Shown here in pieces: positions 8,952-18,916 of a DNA stretch of 50,609 nucleotides. Location: IMG/VR virus record IMGVR_UViG_3300020042_011508, positions 1 through 50,609 of that record. One strand, 5' to 3'. How positions within the stretch are numbered: the first letter of the stretch is position 1; the number at the start of each line of letters is the position of its first letter. A model generated the notes under the pieces. It ran no database searches. It saw only the letters and a program-made list of their open reading frames with translations, and was not told the origin of the DNA. A program made the position numbers and the translations under genes. Source of the DNA: a virus (lineage: Duplodnaviria; Caudoviricetes).

Positions 8952-9670
8952 TGGCTAAGACATTAAACGAATGGATTAAAACAGATGTTAAACAGGCTGA
9001 GAAAATGTCTATTGAACAATTGTCTAATCAATTTTTCTTTAGAGATCCGCTTAGAACAATGTATATTGACAATGAGCATTTTTATTCACCAGCAGACGGA
9101 ACTATTTTATATCAAAAAATAATTAAAGATCCTACTGAACCAATTGTAGAAATTAAAGGTATAAATTATACCTTACAAGACGCAATGGGTGATAAAGATT
9201 ATAATAAACCATCTTTAGTTGTTGGTATATTTATGTCATTTTATGATGTTCATATCAATCGTATACCTTATGGAGGTTATTTATCATATAAACATATAGA
9301 CGCGATAGAATCAACAAACAAACCAATGTTAGCAACCGAAAAAGATATCTTTAACGGTAAAATTAATCCTGCTAACTTAGAATATTTAAAATATAATGAA
9401 AGAATGTGGAATAAAATTTATTCTCCATCAATAGATTATACTTATTATCTTATACAAATTGCTGACGAAGACGTAAATGTTATTGTCCCCTTTACAACAA
9501 ATCAAAATGATTTGTTTGCTCAAAATGAAAGATTCTCATTAATAAGATGGGGTTCTCAGTGTGAGATCATTGTTCCAATAGATAGTAGGTTTGATTTTGA
9601 ATTATGTCAAGAAGATCACACTCATGTGGAAGCTGGTATAGATCCTATATTTAAAATAATATATAAATAA
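8951..9670 (+). CDS. psd: Phosphatidylserine decarboxylase-like (pyruvoyl) proenzyme
   Basis: FFFRDP, SPADG, IFMSFYDVHINRIP, and the RWGSQ autocleavage motif; start overlaps the upstream stop. Confidence 0.8.
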   Translation: MAKTLNEWIKTDVKQAEKMSIEQLSNQFFFRDPLRTMYIDNEHFYSPADGTILYQKIIKDPTEPIVEIKGINYTLQDAMGDKDYNKPSLVVGIFMSFYDVHINRIPYGGYLSYKHIDAIESTNKPMLATEKDIFNGKINPANLEYLKYNERMWNKIYSPSIDYTYYLIQIADEDVNVIVPFTTNQNDLFAQNERFSLIRWGSQCEIIVPIDSRFDFELCQEDHTHVEAGIDPIFKIIYK

Positions 9671-9714
9671 TAATCTAAAAATATAAAAAATAAACTTATT
9701 AAAATATAAACAAA

Positions 9715-10401
9715 ATGATCCAACCAAAATACGACGACGAAGTTTTTAAAAACAAAACTAGACCAAAAGGTCCAATCAAATTTAAAATTGATTTAAATGC
9801 TGAACAAAAAGAAGCTAAACAAATAATATTAGATAATCCAGTAACACTTATTAAAGGTATGGCAGGTAGTGGTAAAACATTATTAGCATGTCAAATTGCC
9901 CTAGATATGGTATTTAAGAAAGAATTAGATAAAATTATTATTACTCGTCCTACAGTATCTAAAGAAGAAATTGGTTTTTTACCTGGTGATTTAAAAGAAA
10001 AAATGGATCCTTGGTTAGCACCTATTTATTCTAATTTATATCTTTTATACGATAAAGAAAAAATTGATAAATTAGTAATAGATGGTCAAATAGAAATTGT
10101 GCCATTTGCATTTATGAGAGGTAGAACGTTTCCTAAATCATTTGTTATTGTAGATGAATGTCAAAACATAACACACTCACAAACCGAAATGATGTTAGGT
10201 CGTTTAGGTAAAGGTGGTAAAATTGTATTTTGTGGAGACATATCCCAAGTAGATTTAAAAAGTAAAAAAGATTCTGGTATAGGATTTTTTAACAATCTAG
10301 AATCAAGAATTAAAGGTGTAAGAATAATTGTATTAAAGAAAAATCACCGCCACGAAATAGTAGAAGAAATTCTTAAAATTTACGAGGAATTTAGAGATTA
10401 A
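9715..10401 (+). CDS. phoH: PhoH-like ATPase
   Basis: GMAGSGKT Walker A, IITRP, GFLPGDLKEKMDPW, FMRGRT, DECQN, GDISQ. Confidence 0.95.
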   Translation: MIQPKYDDEVFKNKTRPKGPIKFKIDLNAEQKEAKQIILDNPVTLIKGMAGSGKTLLACQIALDMVFKKELDKIIITRPTVSKEEIGFLPGDLKEKMDPWLAPIYSNLYLLYDKEKIDKLVIDGQIEIVPFAFMRGRTFPKSFVIVDECQNITHSQTEMMLGRLGKGGKIVFCGDISQVDLKSKKDSGIGFFNNLESRIKGVRIIVLKKNHRHEIVEEILKIYEEFRD

Positions 10402-10423
10402 ATATTTAGAATAATAATGTATT

Positions 10424-10456
10424 AAAGCCATTCATTAGAGTGGCTTTTTCCTTTTT
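10424..10456 (+). terminator. Rho-independent terminator
   Basis: AAAGCCATTC / GAGTGGCTTT stem with T-tract. Confidence 0.75.
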
Positions 10457-10482
10457 ATTTTAATATTTATAACTAAAAAACA

Positions 10483-10905
10483 ATGGCGAATTTTACTTTT
10501 AAAATAATTGAACAGTTAACTCTTAATGGAGATGATGTTGGATCATCTGTTACTCAAACAATTAACAATATTAATTACATTGATAATAGAATTTTAAGTA
10601 TCCCTACAGGATCAGTAACAACTATATTTTCAATGGATAGTGTACCTGGAGCAGGTACTTTTGTATCAAGTAGTTTTCAATATGGTAGAATTACAAATAA
10701 TTCAACAGTTGTACCTATTAAACTAATTGTATCTTCTTCAACAGAAGCTATGAGTTATTTAATAGCAACAGGAAGTTCATTTTTACTTTCTACAAGTAAA
10801 ATAACAGGTAGTACTACAGGATTATTATTTAATGATATTAAATCAGTTAAAATAGAACCATCAGGTAGTGCGGCTTCTATAGAATATTACATTTTAACAA
10901 ACTAA
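10483..10905 (+). CDS. Putative virion structural protein
   Basis: 140-aa S/T-rich ORF after a late-type motif (10463-10471), upstream of neck genes. Confidence 0.6.
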   Translation: MANFTFKIIEQLTLNGDDVGSSVTQTINNINYIDNRILSIPTGSVTTIFSMDSVPGAGTFVSSSFQYGRITNNSTVVPIKLIVSSSTEAMSYLIATGSSFLLSTSKITGSTTGLLFNDIKSVKIEPSGSAASIEYYILTN

Positions 10906-10912
10906 TTAAATT

Positions 10913-12136
10913 ATGGCAAACATTCCTATTTGGCCCGGTTCGAGTTCATTTACAACAGTATATAATACATTTTATTATACTGGATCATTACCTTCACCAA
11001 CACCATTTGGGTTTTATGATAATGATGTTCAATTTCAAACAGATGCTAATAAAGTAGCTAATTTTTGTGCTTTACGTTTAGGATATCCTATTGAAAATAT
11101 TGAATTACAAGATATTAATTTTTGGGCTGGATTTGAAGAAGCAACAACAGTTTATGGTAATGAATTATATGCATTTCAAACAAGAGATAATTACTTAAGT
11201 TTTGAAGGTGCATCAACTAATACAAATGTAAATACTTCATTAATAACTCCAACATTTGCAACAATTGTTAGATTATCTCAACAATATGGTGAAGAAGCAG
11301 GTGTTGGTGGTAATATAACTTATTATAAAGGACGCTTAGCTTTAACAGCTGGTCAACAAAGATATGATTTAAAACAATGGGCAATAGATGAAGGTATTAT
11401 AGGTGGTATTGAAATAAAAAGAGTATTTTACCAACCACCTCCAGCAATTAATCAATTATATTCTCCAATGTTAGGTACAGGACCAGGTGGTTTAGGAGGT
11501 GTTCCAGCAGCAGGTGTTTATGGTTTAGGATATGGTTATACAAATTATATGATGATGCCAACTAGTTTTACTATGCAGAATATAAATGCTATTGAAATGC
11601 AAAATACAGTAACACTATCTAATTATACTTTTGAATTAGTAAATAATATTATAAGTGTATTCCCAGTTCCTGGAACAGGTTTAGTTGATGGATTTGATAG
11701 TGAACTTGATGGATTTTTAGGTCATTATTTAGTATTTGAATGTATTAAAATAGAAGACAGAATTAATGCTGCTTTTGCTAATGGAGACAATTTAATTACA
11801 AATACTTCAAATGTACCTTATGTTAATCCTGTATATACTCAAATAAATTCAATAGGTAGAAGTTGGATTTTTGAATATACTTTAGCATTAGCTAAAGAAA
11901 TGTTAGGATATGTTAGAGGAAAATATTCTACTATTCCAATACCTGGGGGTGATGTAACTTTAAATCAACAAGACTTATTATCATCATCTCAAGCAGCTAA
12001 AGATGCTTTAATTTTAAGATTAAGAGAATATTTTGATCAAACCTCACGTCAAGCATTACTTGAAAGAAGAGCAGCAGAATCAGTAGCTCGTGTTGCTGAA
12101 ATTAACAATGTACCAATGACAATTTTTATAGGATAA
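10913..12136 (+). CDS. Neck protein (T4 gp13-like head-tail adaptor)
   Basis: RLGYPIENIEL N-terminal motif; WIFEYTLALAKEMLGYVRGKY..IPGGDVTLN C-terminal motif. Confidence 0.8.
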   Translation: MANIPIWPGSSSFTTVYNTFYYTGSLPSPTPFGFYDNDVQFQTDANKVANFCALRLGYPIENIELQDINFWAGFEEATTVYGNELYAFQTRDNYLSFEGASTNTNVNTSLITPTFATIVRLSQQYGEEAGVGGNITYYKGRLALTAGQQRYDLKQWAIDEGIIGGIEIKRVFYQPPPAINQLYSPMLGTGPGGLGGVPAAGVYGLGYGYTNYMMMPTSFTMQNINAIEMQNTVTLSNYTFELVNNIISVFPVPGTGLVDGFDSELDGFLGHYLVFECIKIEDRINAAFANGDNLITNTSNVPYVNPVYTQINSIGRSWIFEYTLALAKEMLGYVRGKYSTIPIPGGDVTLNQQDLLSSSQAAKDALILRLREYFDQTSRQALLERRAAESVARVAEINNVPMTIFIG

Positions 12137-12137
12137 T

Positions 12138-12695
12138 ATGGCATTATATGGCGAAAGTCGCGACATTTCATTTTTTAGAAATATTAATCGTGAATTAATG
12201 GGGAATATTGTTTCTCAAGAGATAATATATTACAAATACAATATTACAACTACTAAAACAAACATGTATGGTGAATCAGTTGAAGGTAGAAACTTTGCTG
12301 ATCCTGTTATATTATTTTCTCGTATAGAAGTAGGTCCTCAAGAAGCACCAGTAAGTGATTTAGGAGTTGATTTTACTTGGACTATGACATTTTACTTTTT
12401 ACGTGATGATTTATTAAATAAATTTCCTGATTTTAACACAGGTAGTTTATATGGTGCTAATTTACATCCTGAAGTAGGAGATGTAATAGCATATCAAAAT
12501 GGTTATTGGGAAGTAGATAATACAAATGCTACTCAATTTTTTATGGGTAAAGATCCACAATATCCTTATTATGACGGATACGGACAAAATCCATTAAACC
12601 CAGGATTAGAAAATTTTGGATACAATGTTGAAGTAAGATGTGATTGTCATTACGTTCCCTCAGATAGATTGAATATTATTAAATCAAGAATGTAA
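12138..12695 (+). CDS. Neck / head-closure protein (gp14-like)
   Basis: NMYGES and PEVGDVI motifs; follows the gp13-like gene. Confidence 0.65.
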   Translation: MALYGESRDISFFRNINRELMGNIVSQEIIYYKYNITTTKTNMYGESVEGRNFADPVILFSRIEVGPQEAPVSDLGVDFTWTMTFYFLRDDLLNKFPDFNTGSLYGANLHPEVGDVIAYQNGYWEVDNTNATQFFMGKDPQYPYYDGYGQNPLNPGLENFGYNVEVRCDCHYVPSDRLNIIKSRM

Positions 12696-13702
12696 TGGCT
12701 AAAACTAGAAAACCAATACCACCAACCCAAAGAGAACTTAGTGTTCAACAACATAAATCTTTTGATAAAGAAGTAGGAAATCCTAATTATGCTGTTGAAA
12801 CTGGAAGAACTAATAGATCATTAAATGTATCATTTAAAGGTGATAATACAAAACCATTTTCAATAGGCATTAAAGATATTGATGAATCAATATTTTATTA
12901 TTTTCAAAATGTAATTAAACCTACTGTAATACAAAATGGACAACGATTACCAGTTCCTGTAATATATGCTTCTCCTGAGAAAATGAAATCATATCAAAAG
13001 GATGGTTATTATAGAGATCAATTAGGTAAAATACAAGCACCTTTAATAGCTTTTAAACGCGAATCTATAGATAAAAATAGAACTATTGCTAATAAATTAG
13101 ATGCTAATAATCCTAATAATTTTGGTGTATTTACTAAAAAATATAATCCAAAAAACGCATATGACAATTTTAATGTATTAAATAATAGGATTCCTGTTAA
13201 AACACATTACGCAGTAGTAATGCCTGACTATTTAACAGTAACATATTCATGTACTGTATTTACTTATTATGTAGAACAATTAAATAAAATTGTAGAAGCA
13301 ATTGAATACGCTTCTGATGCTTATTGGGGTGATCCTCAATTATTTCAATTTAGAGCAATGATTGATTCTTTTAGTTTTCAAACTGAATTAAATGTAAATG
13401 ATGAAAGAATGGTACGTAGTACATTTACTGTAAAATTAAATGGATACATCATTCCTGATGTATTACAAAGAGATTTAAATACTGTTATAAAATATAACGA
13501 TAAAGCAAAAATCATATTCTCTGTAGAAGCAACTAACAATACAGGTATATTTGAAGGTGCTATTGAAGGTAATAGAATTATTACAACAGATCCTGTTCGT
13601 CTTAAAGATCGTGCTACATTTATTAATGGTCAAGAAGGTGGAGACGTAATTGGAGATATAAGTAGCACAGAAGCTAAAAACAGATCAACTACAATTGGGT
13701 AA
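12695..13702 (+). CDS. Tail completion / sheath terminator-like protein (gp15-like)
   Basis: VPVIYASPEK motif and synteny after neck genes. Confidence 0.6.
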   Translation: MAKTRKPIPPTQRELSVQQHKSFDKEVGNPNYAVETGRTNRSLNVSFKGDNTKPFSIGIKDIDESIFYYFQNVIKPTVIQNGQRLPVPVIYASPEKMKSYQKDGYYRDQLGKIQAPLIAFKRESIDKNRTIANKLDANNPNNFGVFTKKYNPKNAYDNFNVLNNRIPVKTHYAVVMPDYLTVTYSCTVFTYYVEQLNKIVEAIEYASDAYWGDPQLFQFRAMIDSFSFQTELNVNDERMVRSTFTVKLNGYIIPDVLQRDLNTVIKYNDKAKIIFSVEATNNTGIFEGAIEGNRIITTDPVRLKDRATFINGQEGGDVIGDISSTEAKNRSTTIG

Positions 13703-13721
13703 TTTTTAATATTTATATTAA

Positions 13722-16700
13722 ATGGCAAAAATTAGATTTTTAGATCAGGTACCAATAGGTGTTTTTCAAACCCCCAATAATGGTGGTAGTGGTACTATTG
13801 ATATATATCAAAATGGAACGCTAGTAAGTTCTAGTGTTCCTGTAATTAATTTTAGTGGATCTGTTCAATTATCCACTTTTATATCATCTAGTATTACTGG
13901 AATAACAGTTTATGTAACATCTTCTGGAGGATCAGGAACAGGTTTTCCATTTTCTGGTTCAGCCGTAATTACAGGTTCATTAATAATTTCTGGTTCAAAT
14001 CCTTTTGTAGTAATTGGGTTAAGTCAATCTTCAAATCCAAATTCTTTTGTAACTTATAACTCGGGTTCAGGAACATTTACTTATACTCCTATAAGTTATA
14101 TACAAGGTACTTCTGGTACTAGCGGTACTTCTGGAAATTCAGGTTCTTCAGGAACATCTGGTTCTTCAGGAACTAGCGGTAGTTCGGGTTCAAGTGGAAC
14201 TTCCGGTTTATCAGGATCATCTGGAACATCTGGTTCAAGCGGTTCATCAGGAACAAGCGGCAACTCAGGTTCTTCAGGAACATCTGGTTCAAGTGGAACT
14301 AGCGGAAGCTCAGGAACATCAGGTTCAAGTGGTTCATCAGGAACTAACGGAAGTTCAGGTTCTTCAGGAACATCAGGTTCAAGTGGAACTAGCGGCAGCT
14401 CAGGAACTAGTGGAATAAATGGTAGCTCAGGTAGTTCAGGAACATCTGGTTCAAGTGGAACATCTGGTTCAAGCGGTTCATCAGGAACAAGTGGTAGCTC
14501 AGGTTCTTCAGGAACATCAGGTTCTTCAGGAACTAGCGGCAACTCAGGTTCATCAGGAACAAGCGGCAACTCTGGTTCTTCAGGAACAAGCGGCAACTCT
14601 GGTTCATCTGGAACATCTGGTTCAAGTGGAACTAGTGGTTCATCAGGTTCAAGTGGTTCAAATGGTTCATCAGGATCATCAGGTACTTCAGGTTCATCTG
14701 GAACTTCAGGTAGTAGTGGTATATCCGGTTCAAGTGGTTCATCAGGTACTTCTGGCAACTCAGGTAGCTCAGGTACTTCAGGTATAAGTGGTTCTTCAGG
14801 AACTAGTGGTTCATCAGGTACATCAGGTTCAAGCGGAACTTCAGGCTTAAGCGGAAGTTCAGGAACAAGCGGCAACTCAGGTTCATCAGGAACAAGCGGT
14901 TTAAATGGTTCATCAGGTACTTCAGGATCTAGTGGTATTTCTGGTTCTTCAGGAACCTCAGGTTCATCTGGTAGTTCGGGAACAAATGGTTCTTCAGGAA
15001 CATCAGGTTTATCAGGTTCAAGTGGTACTAGTGGTTCATCAGGAACAAGCGGTTTAAATGGTTCATCAGGTACTTCAGGATCTAGTGGAATAAGTGGTTC
15101 ATCTGGAACTTCAGGTAGCAGTGGTTCTTCAGGTAGCTCAGGTACTTCTGGTTCAAGCGGTTCATCAGGAATAAGCGGTAGCTCAGGTACATCTGGTTCA
15201 TCAGGAACAAGCGGTTTAAATGGTTCATCAGGTACTTCAGGATCTTCAGGAACAAGCGGCAACTCTGGTTCATCTGGAACATCTGGTTCAAGTGGTACTA
15301 ACGGTTCTTCAGGTTCTTCAGGTACATCAGGTAACAGTGGTTCTTCAGGAACTTCTGGATCTAGTGGAACAAGCGGTTCATCTGGAACTTCAGGTGATAG
15401 TGGATCTAGTGGTACTAGTGGTTTATCAGGTTCTTCAGGTACATCAGGTTCATCTGGTACTTCAGGTTCATCTGGATCTAGTGGAACAAGCGGTTCATCA
15501 GGAAATAGTGGTAGTAGTGGAACATCAGGAAATTCTGGTTCATCTGGAACTAGTGGAATTTCAGGTTCAAGCGGAACCTCAGGTTCTAGTGGAACAAGTG
15601 GAAGTTCAGGTTCATCAGGAATATCAGGTTCATCAGGCAGTTCTGGAACAAGCGGTTCATCAGGTAGTTCAGGAATTTCAGGTTCAAGCGGAACCTCAGG
15701 TTCATCAGGATCTAGTGGAACAAGTGGTTCATCAGGAACTAATGGTAGTAGTGGAACATCAGGTAGTTCTGGAACAAGCGGTTCATCAGGAACAAGCGGT
15801 TCTTCTGGTTCTTCAGGAACATCAGGATTAAGTGGTTCTAGTGGAACATCAGGTTCTTCAGGAACAAGCGGTTCAAGTGGTTCTTCTGGTACTAGTGGTT
15901 CATCAGGTACTTCAGGTTTAAATGGGTCTTCAGGTAGTTCAGGTACATCTGGTTCATCAGGATCTTCAGGATCAAGTGGTACCTCAGGTATAAGCGGTAG
16001 TTCAGGAACCTCAGGTTCATCAGGAACAAGCGGTTCAAGTGGTTCATCAGGAATAAGTGGTTCTTCAGGTACATCTGGTTCAAGTGGGTCTTCAGGTTCA
16101 TCAGGAACAAGTGGTACAAATGGTAGTTCAGGAACTTCTGGCTCAAGTGGTACTAGCGGCTCATCAGGAACAAGCGGTTTAAATGGTTCATCAGGTACTT
16201 CAGGATCTTCAGGATCAAGTGGTACTTCAGGTATAAGTGGTTCATCAGGTACATCAGGTTCATCTGGTACTAGTGGTAGTTCAGGAACCTCAGGTTCATC
16301 AGGAACTTCAGGTTCAAGTGGTTCATCAGGAACAAGCGGCAGCTCAGGTTCTTCAGGAACTAGCGGCAGCTCAGGTTCTTCAGGTTCAAGTGGAACAAGC
16401 GGTTCTTCAGGTAGTTCAGGAACTTCAGGTTCATCCGGTTCTTCAGGTACAGGTGGTTCATCAGGAACATCAGGCTCATCAGGTTCATCTGGTACTTCGG
16501 GAACTAATGGTAGCTCAGGTTCAAGCGGAACATCAGGCTCATCAGGCTCATCAGGTACTTCAGGTTCAAGTGGTTCATCTGGAATAAGTGGTTCTTCAGG
16601 TACATCTGGTTCAAGTGGAACAAGCGGTAGTTCAGGTAGCTCAGGTACTTCTGGTTCATCTGGTACTTCGGGAACTAATGGTAGCTCAGGTTCATCAGGA

Positions 16701-17906
16701 ACCTCAGGTTCATCAGGTTCTTCAGGAACAAGTGGCAGCTCAGGTTCAAGCGGAACATCTGGTTCAAGTGGTACTTCAGGTTCAAGCGGAACATCAGGTT
16801 CATCTGGTACTTCAGGAACTAACGGAAGTTCAGGTTCATCAGGAACAAGCGGTTCTTCAGGTACATCTGGTTCATCCGGTTCATCAGGTACAGGTGGTTC
16901 ATCAGGTACATCTGGTTCAAGTGGAACTAGTGGTTCAAATGGAACAAGCGGCAGCTCAGGTTCTTCAGGAACATCAGGAGCAAATGGTAGTTCAGGTACA
17001 TCAGGATTATCAGGTTCTATTGGCAATGATGGTTCAAATAGCGGTAGATGGTATTATAACAGCTTAGTACAAGCTTCCGACGATCCAGATCCAAATAATT
17101 TTATTACAGATACTGGTACACTTGCATCTATCCAATATATTTCTATATCAGTATTTGATAAAAACGGAACAGATTATACTAACTGGCTTGATAGTTTAGA
17201 TGTTTTAGATAATACTAGTCATAATATATATTTACAGATATGTGAATTAGGTAATGACTCTGTACTTGGATTATATGAAGTCGTATCAGTTTCTCCCCTT
17301 GCTAGTTATTATGATATACAAGTAACTAATTTAGTTGGCAATGGGAGTTTAACAAATGATGTTGTTTACACTATTTCTTTTGTTTCTAATGGTAAAAATG
17401 GTCCATTATACAATCAATCGGTAGCTAATCAAGGGGGAGGTTTCGCAACTGATACTTATTTAACGGGTTCAAATATAACTATTGATAAATTACAAGTGGG
17501 TACAAGATATAAAGTTGTATTTGATGTTTCTAAAACGGCTGCTGGTGTTAGTACTCCGATTATTCAAGTAAGATTTGGAACAAATGGAAATATTTCTGAC
17601 GCATCTCTTTTATCATTTACTTTTAATCCTCAAACGGCAGCGATAGATATTGGTAGATGGGAATTAAATGTTACATTCCGTACAATAGGAGGAGGTACAA
17701 GTGCGGTTATTCAAGGTGTAGCGGGTGTTTATCACTCACTATCAACAACGGGTTTACAAAATGTACCAACTAAAGTAGTTATTACGACATCGGGCGGATT
17801 TAACAGTAATCCACCTAACTCAATTATTGGTGTTAGTGTAAATGGTGGTACTTTAGCAGTTTGGACAGTTTCTTTAGTACAAGCACAATTAGAAAATTTA
17901 ACATAA
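13722..17906 (+). CDS. Giant fibre-like virion protein with ~970-aa (G-S-S/G-T-S)n repeat
   Basis: 1394-aa ORF, Gly at every third residue over 14106-17024, non-repetitive N- and C-terminal domains, late-type motif at 13709-13717. Confidence 0.85.
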   Translation: MAKIRFLDQVPIGVFQTPNNGGSGTIDIYQNGTLVSSSVPVINFSGSVQLSTFISSSITGITVYVTSSGGSGTGFPFSGSAVITGSLIISGSNPFVVIGLSQSSNPNSFVTYNSGSGTFTYTPISYIQGTSGTSGTSGNSGSSGTSGSSGTSGSSGSSGTSGLSGSSGTSGSSGSSGTSGNSGSSGTSGSSGTSGSSGTSGSSGSSGTNGSSGSSGTSGSSGTSGSSGTSGINGSSGSSGTSGSSGTSGSSGSSGTSGSSGSSGTSGSSGTSGNSGSSGTSGNSGSSGTSGNSGSSGTSGSSGTSGSSGSSGSNGSSGSSGTSGSSGTSGSSGISGSSGSSGTSGNSGSSGTSGISGSSGTSGSSGTSGSSGTSGLSGSSGTSGNSGSSGTSGLNGSSGTSGSSGISGSSGTSGSSGSSGTNGSSGTSGLSGSSGTSGSSGTSGLNGSSGTSGSSGISGSSGTSGSSGSSGSSGTSGSSGSSGISGSSGTSGSSGTSGLNGSSGTSGSSGTSGNSGSSGTSGSSGTNGSSGSSGTSGNSGSSGTSGSSGTSGSSGTSGDSGSSGTSGLSGSSGTSGSSGTSGSSGSSGTSGSSGNSGSSGTSGNSGSSGTSGISGSSGTSGSSGTSGSSGSSGISGSSGSSGTSGSSGSSGISGSSGTSGSSGSSGTSGSSGTNGSSGTSGSSGTSGSSGTSGSSGSSGTSGLSGSSGTSGSSGTSGSSGSSGTSGSSGTSGLNGSSGSSGTSGSSGSSGSSGTSGISGSSGTSGSSGTSGSSGSSGISGSSGTSGSSGSSGSSGTSGTNGSSGTSGSSGTSGSSGTSGLNGSSGTSGSSGSSGTSGISGSSGTSGSSGTSGSSGTSGSSGTSGSSGSSGTSGSSGSSGTSGSSGSSGSSGTSGSSGSSGTSGSSGSSGTGGSSGTSGSSGSSGTSGTNGSSGSSGTSGSSGSSGTSGSSGSSGISGSSGTSGSSGTSGSSGSSGTSGSSGTSGTNGSSGSSGTSGSSGSSGTSGSSGSSGTSGSSGTSGSSGTSGSSGTSGTNGSSGSSGTSGSSGTSGSSGSSGTGGSSGTSGSSGTSGSNGTSGSSGSSGTSGANGSSGTSGLSGSIGNDGSNSGRWYYNSLVQASDDPDPNNFITDTGTLASIQYISISVFDKNGTDYTNWLDSLDVLDNTSHNIYLQICELGNDSVLGLYEVVSVSPLASYYDIQVTNLVGNGSLTNDVVYTISFVSNGKNGPLYNQSVANQGGGFATDTYLTGSNITIDKLQVGTRYKVVFDVSKTAAGVSTPIIQVRFGTNGNISDASLLSFTFNPQTAAIDIGRWELNVTFRTIGGGTSAVIQGVAGVYHSLSTTGLQNVPTKVVITTSGGFNSNPPNSIIGVSVNGGTLAVWTVSLVQAQLENLT
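14106..17024 (+). repeat. Degenerate 9-bp-unit coding tandem repeat (about 324 Gly-X-Y triplets)
   Basis: Units such as GGTTCATCA, GGAACATCA, GGAACAAGC with synonymous diversification. Confidence 0.97.
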
Positions 17907-17989
17907 TTTGATATATAGAAAAAATAAATTAATTTTGTATAATGAATAAACCATTATTTTCAAGATAGAGTAGGAAATCTACAGTAAAA

Positions 17990-18020
17990 TTTGGATATTT
18001 AAGAAAAGGTTATTATATTC
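17990..18020 (+). promoter_or_regulatory. Bacteroidota-type promoter TTTGG-N19-TATATTC
   Basis: Same spacing as five other sites; upstream of the glycosylation cassette. Confidence 0.6.
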
Positions 18021-18032
18021 GGTCTAATCTAT

Positions 18033-18905
18033 ATGATAAATATAACTTACGATCGAAATCAAAATAAAACTAAAGTTGAAGTAAGTAAATTTAATGTTAT
18101 TAAACAACATTTACCTTTAAAGGTACAATTTAAAAACATTATTACAGATGAAATTCATTATGAAGCTGAATTAAATGACTATTATTGGGTTGAGTGGTGT
18201 GGTTCTGAATTAATTACTGATGTTTTATTTTACTCATCAGATGGAACTTTATTATATGAATATAAATGGGATGTAACAATTCATGGTGATGAAATTGAAA
18301 AAATGTTATGGTTTTATTTAAAATCTAAAAAAATTCAAGGAATAAAATCTAATGGATTAGTAATTGGTTCACACGATGGGAGAAACGGACATTGGATTTA
18401 CCCAGTAAAACACAAATTAACAGATGCTACTTTAGTAGATGGTAGTGATAAACAATATATTGAATTAAAACAAAATTATAAAGATAATCCTAACATAGAA
18501 ACATTAAATACTATTGTAACTACAGATGGTTCTGATGTTGAATGGTACCAAGGAGGAGAAGGTTATACAGATACTATTGTCCCATCAGTTATTAATAGTT
18601 GGTTAAATACTTCAGAAATTGTAAAAAGTTATAGAAAAAGTATATCAATTAATGATTTAATGAAAGATAAAAACTATGATTGGTTACATTTAGATGTTGA
18701 AGGAATTGATGGTGATTTAGTTTTAGCACTAGAATATAAACCCAATGTTATTATTTATGAAAGTATGAATTTAGATCAAATTATGAAAGCTAAACTTAAT
18801 TTATGGTTTATAAAAAATTTATACGAAACAATAGAATGTAACGGAAATACTATTGCTATAAAAAAGGAATTTAATTTAGATTCTTTAAACCCTAAAATAT
18901 TATAA
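18033..18905 (+). CDS. FkbM-like SAM methyltransferase with N-terminal extra domain
   Basis: LVIGSHDG (motif I-like), LHLDVEGID, IIYES. Confidence 0.65.
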   Translation: MINITYDRNQNKTKVEVSKFNVIKQHLPLKVQFKNIITDEIHYEAELNDYYWVEWCGSELITDVLFYSSDGTLLYEYKWDVTIHGDEIEKMLWFYLKSKKIQGIKSNGLVIGSHDGRNGHWIYPVKHKLTDATLVDGSDKQYIELKQNYKDNPNIETLNTIVTTDGSDVEWYQGGEGYTDTIVPSVINSWLNTSEIVKSYRKSISINDLMKDKNYDWLHLDVEGIDGDLVLALEYKPNVIIYESMNLDQIMKAKLNLWFIKNLYETIECNGNTIAIKKEFNLDSLNPKIL

Positions 18906-18916
18906 ATAAAATAAAT

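Noticed and set aside
14106-17024. Possible CRISPR array or diversity-generating repeat
   Set aside because: No constant repeat with unique spacers; it is a 9-bp-period coding repeat, and no cas or reverse transcriptase gene is present
14096-17026. 976-aa antisense ORF (PEVPDE repeats) and several short alternative-frame ORFs inside the repeat
   Set aside because: Shadow of the Gly/Ser/Thr repeat: a stop in that antisense frame needs a Tyr, His or Gln codon on the sense strand, and the repeat has none
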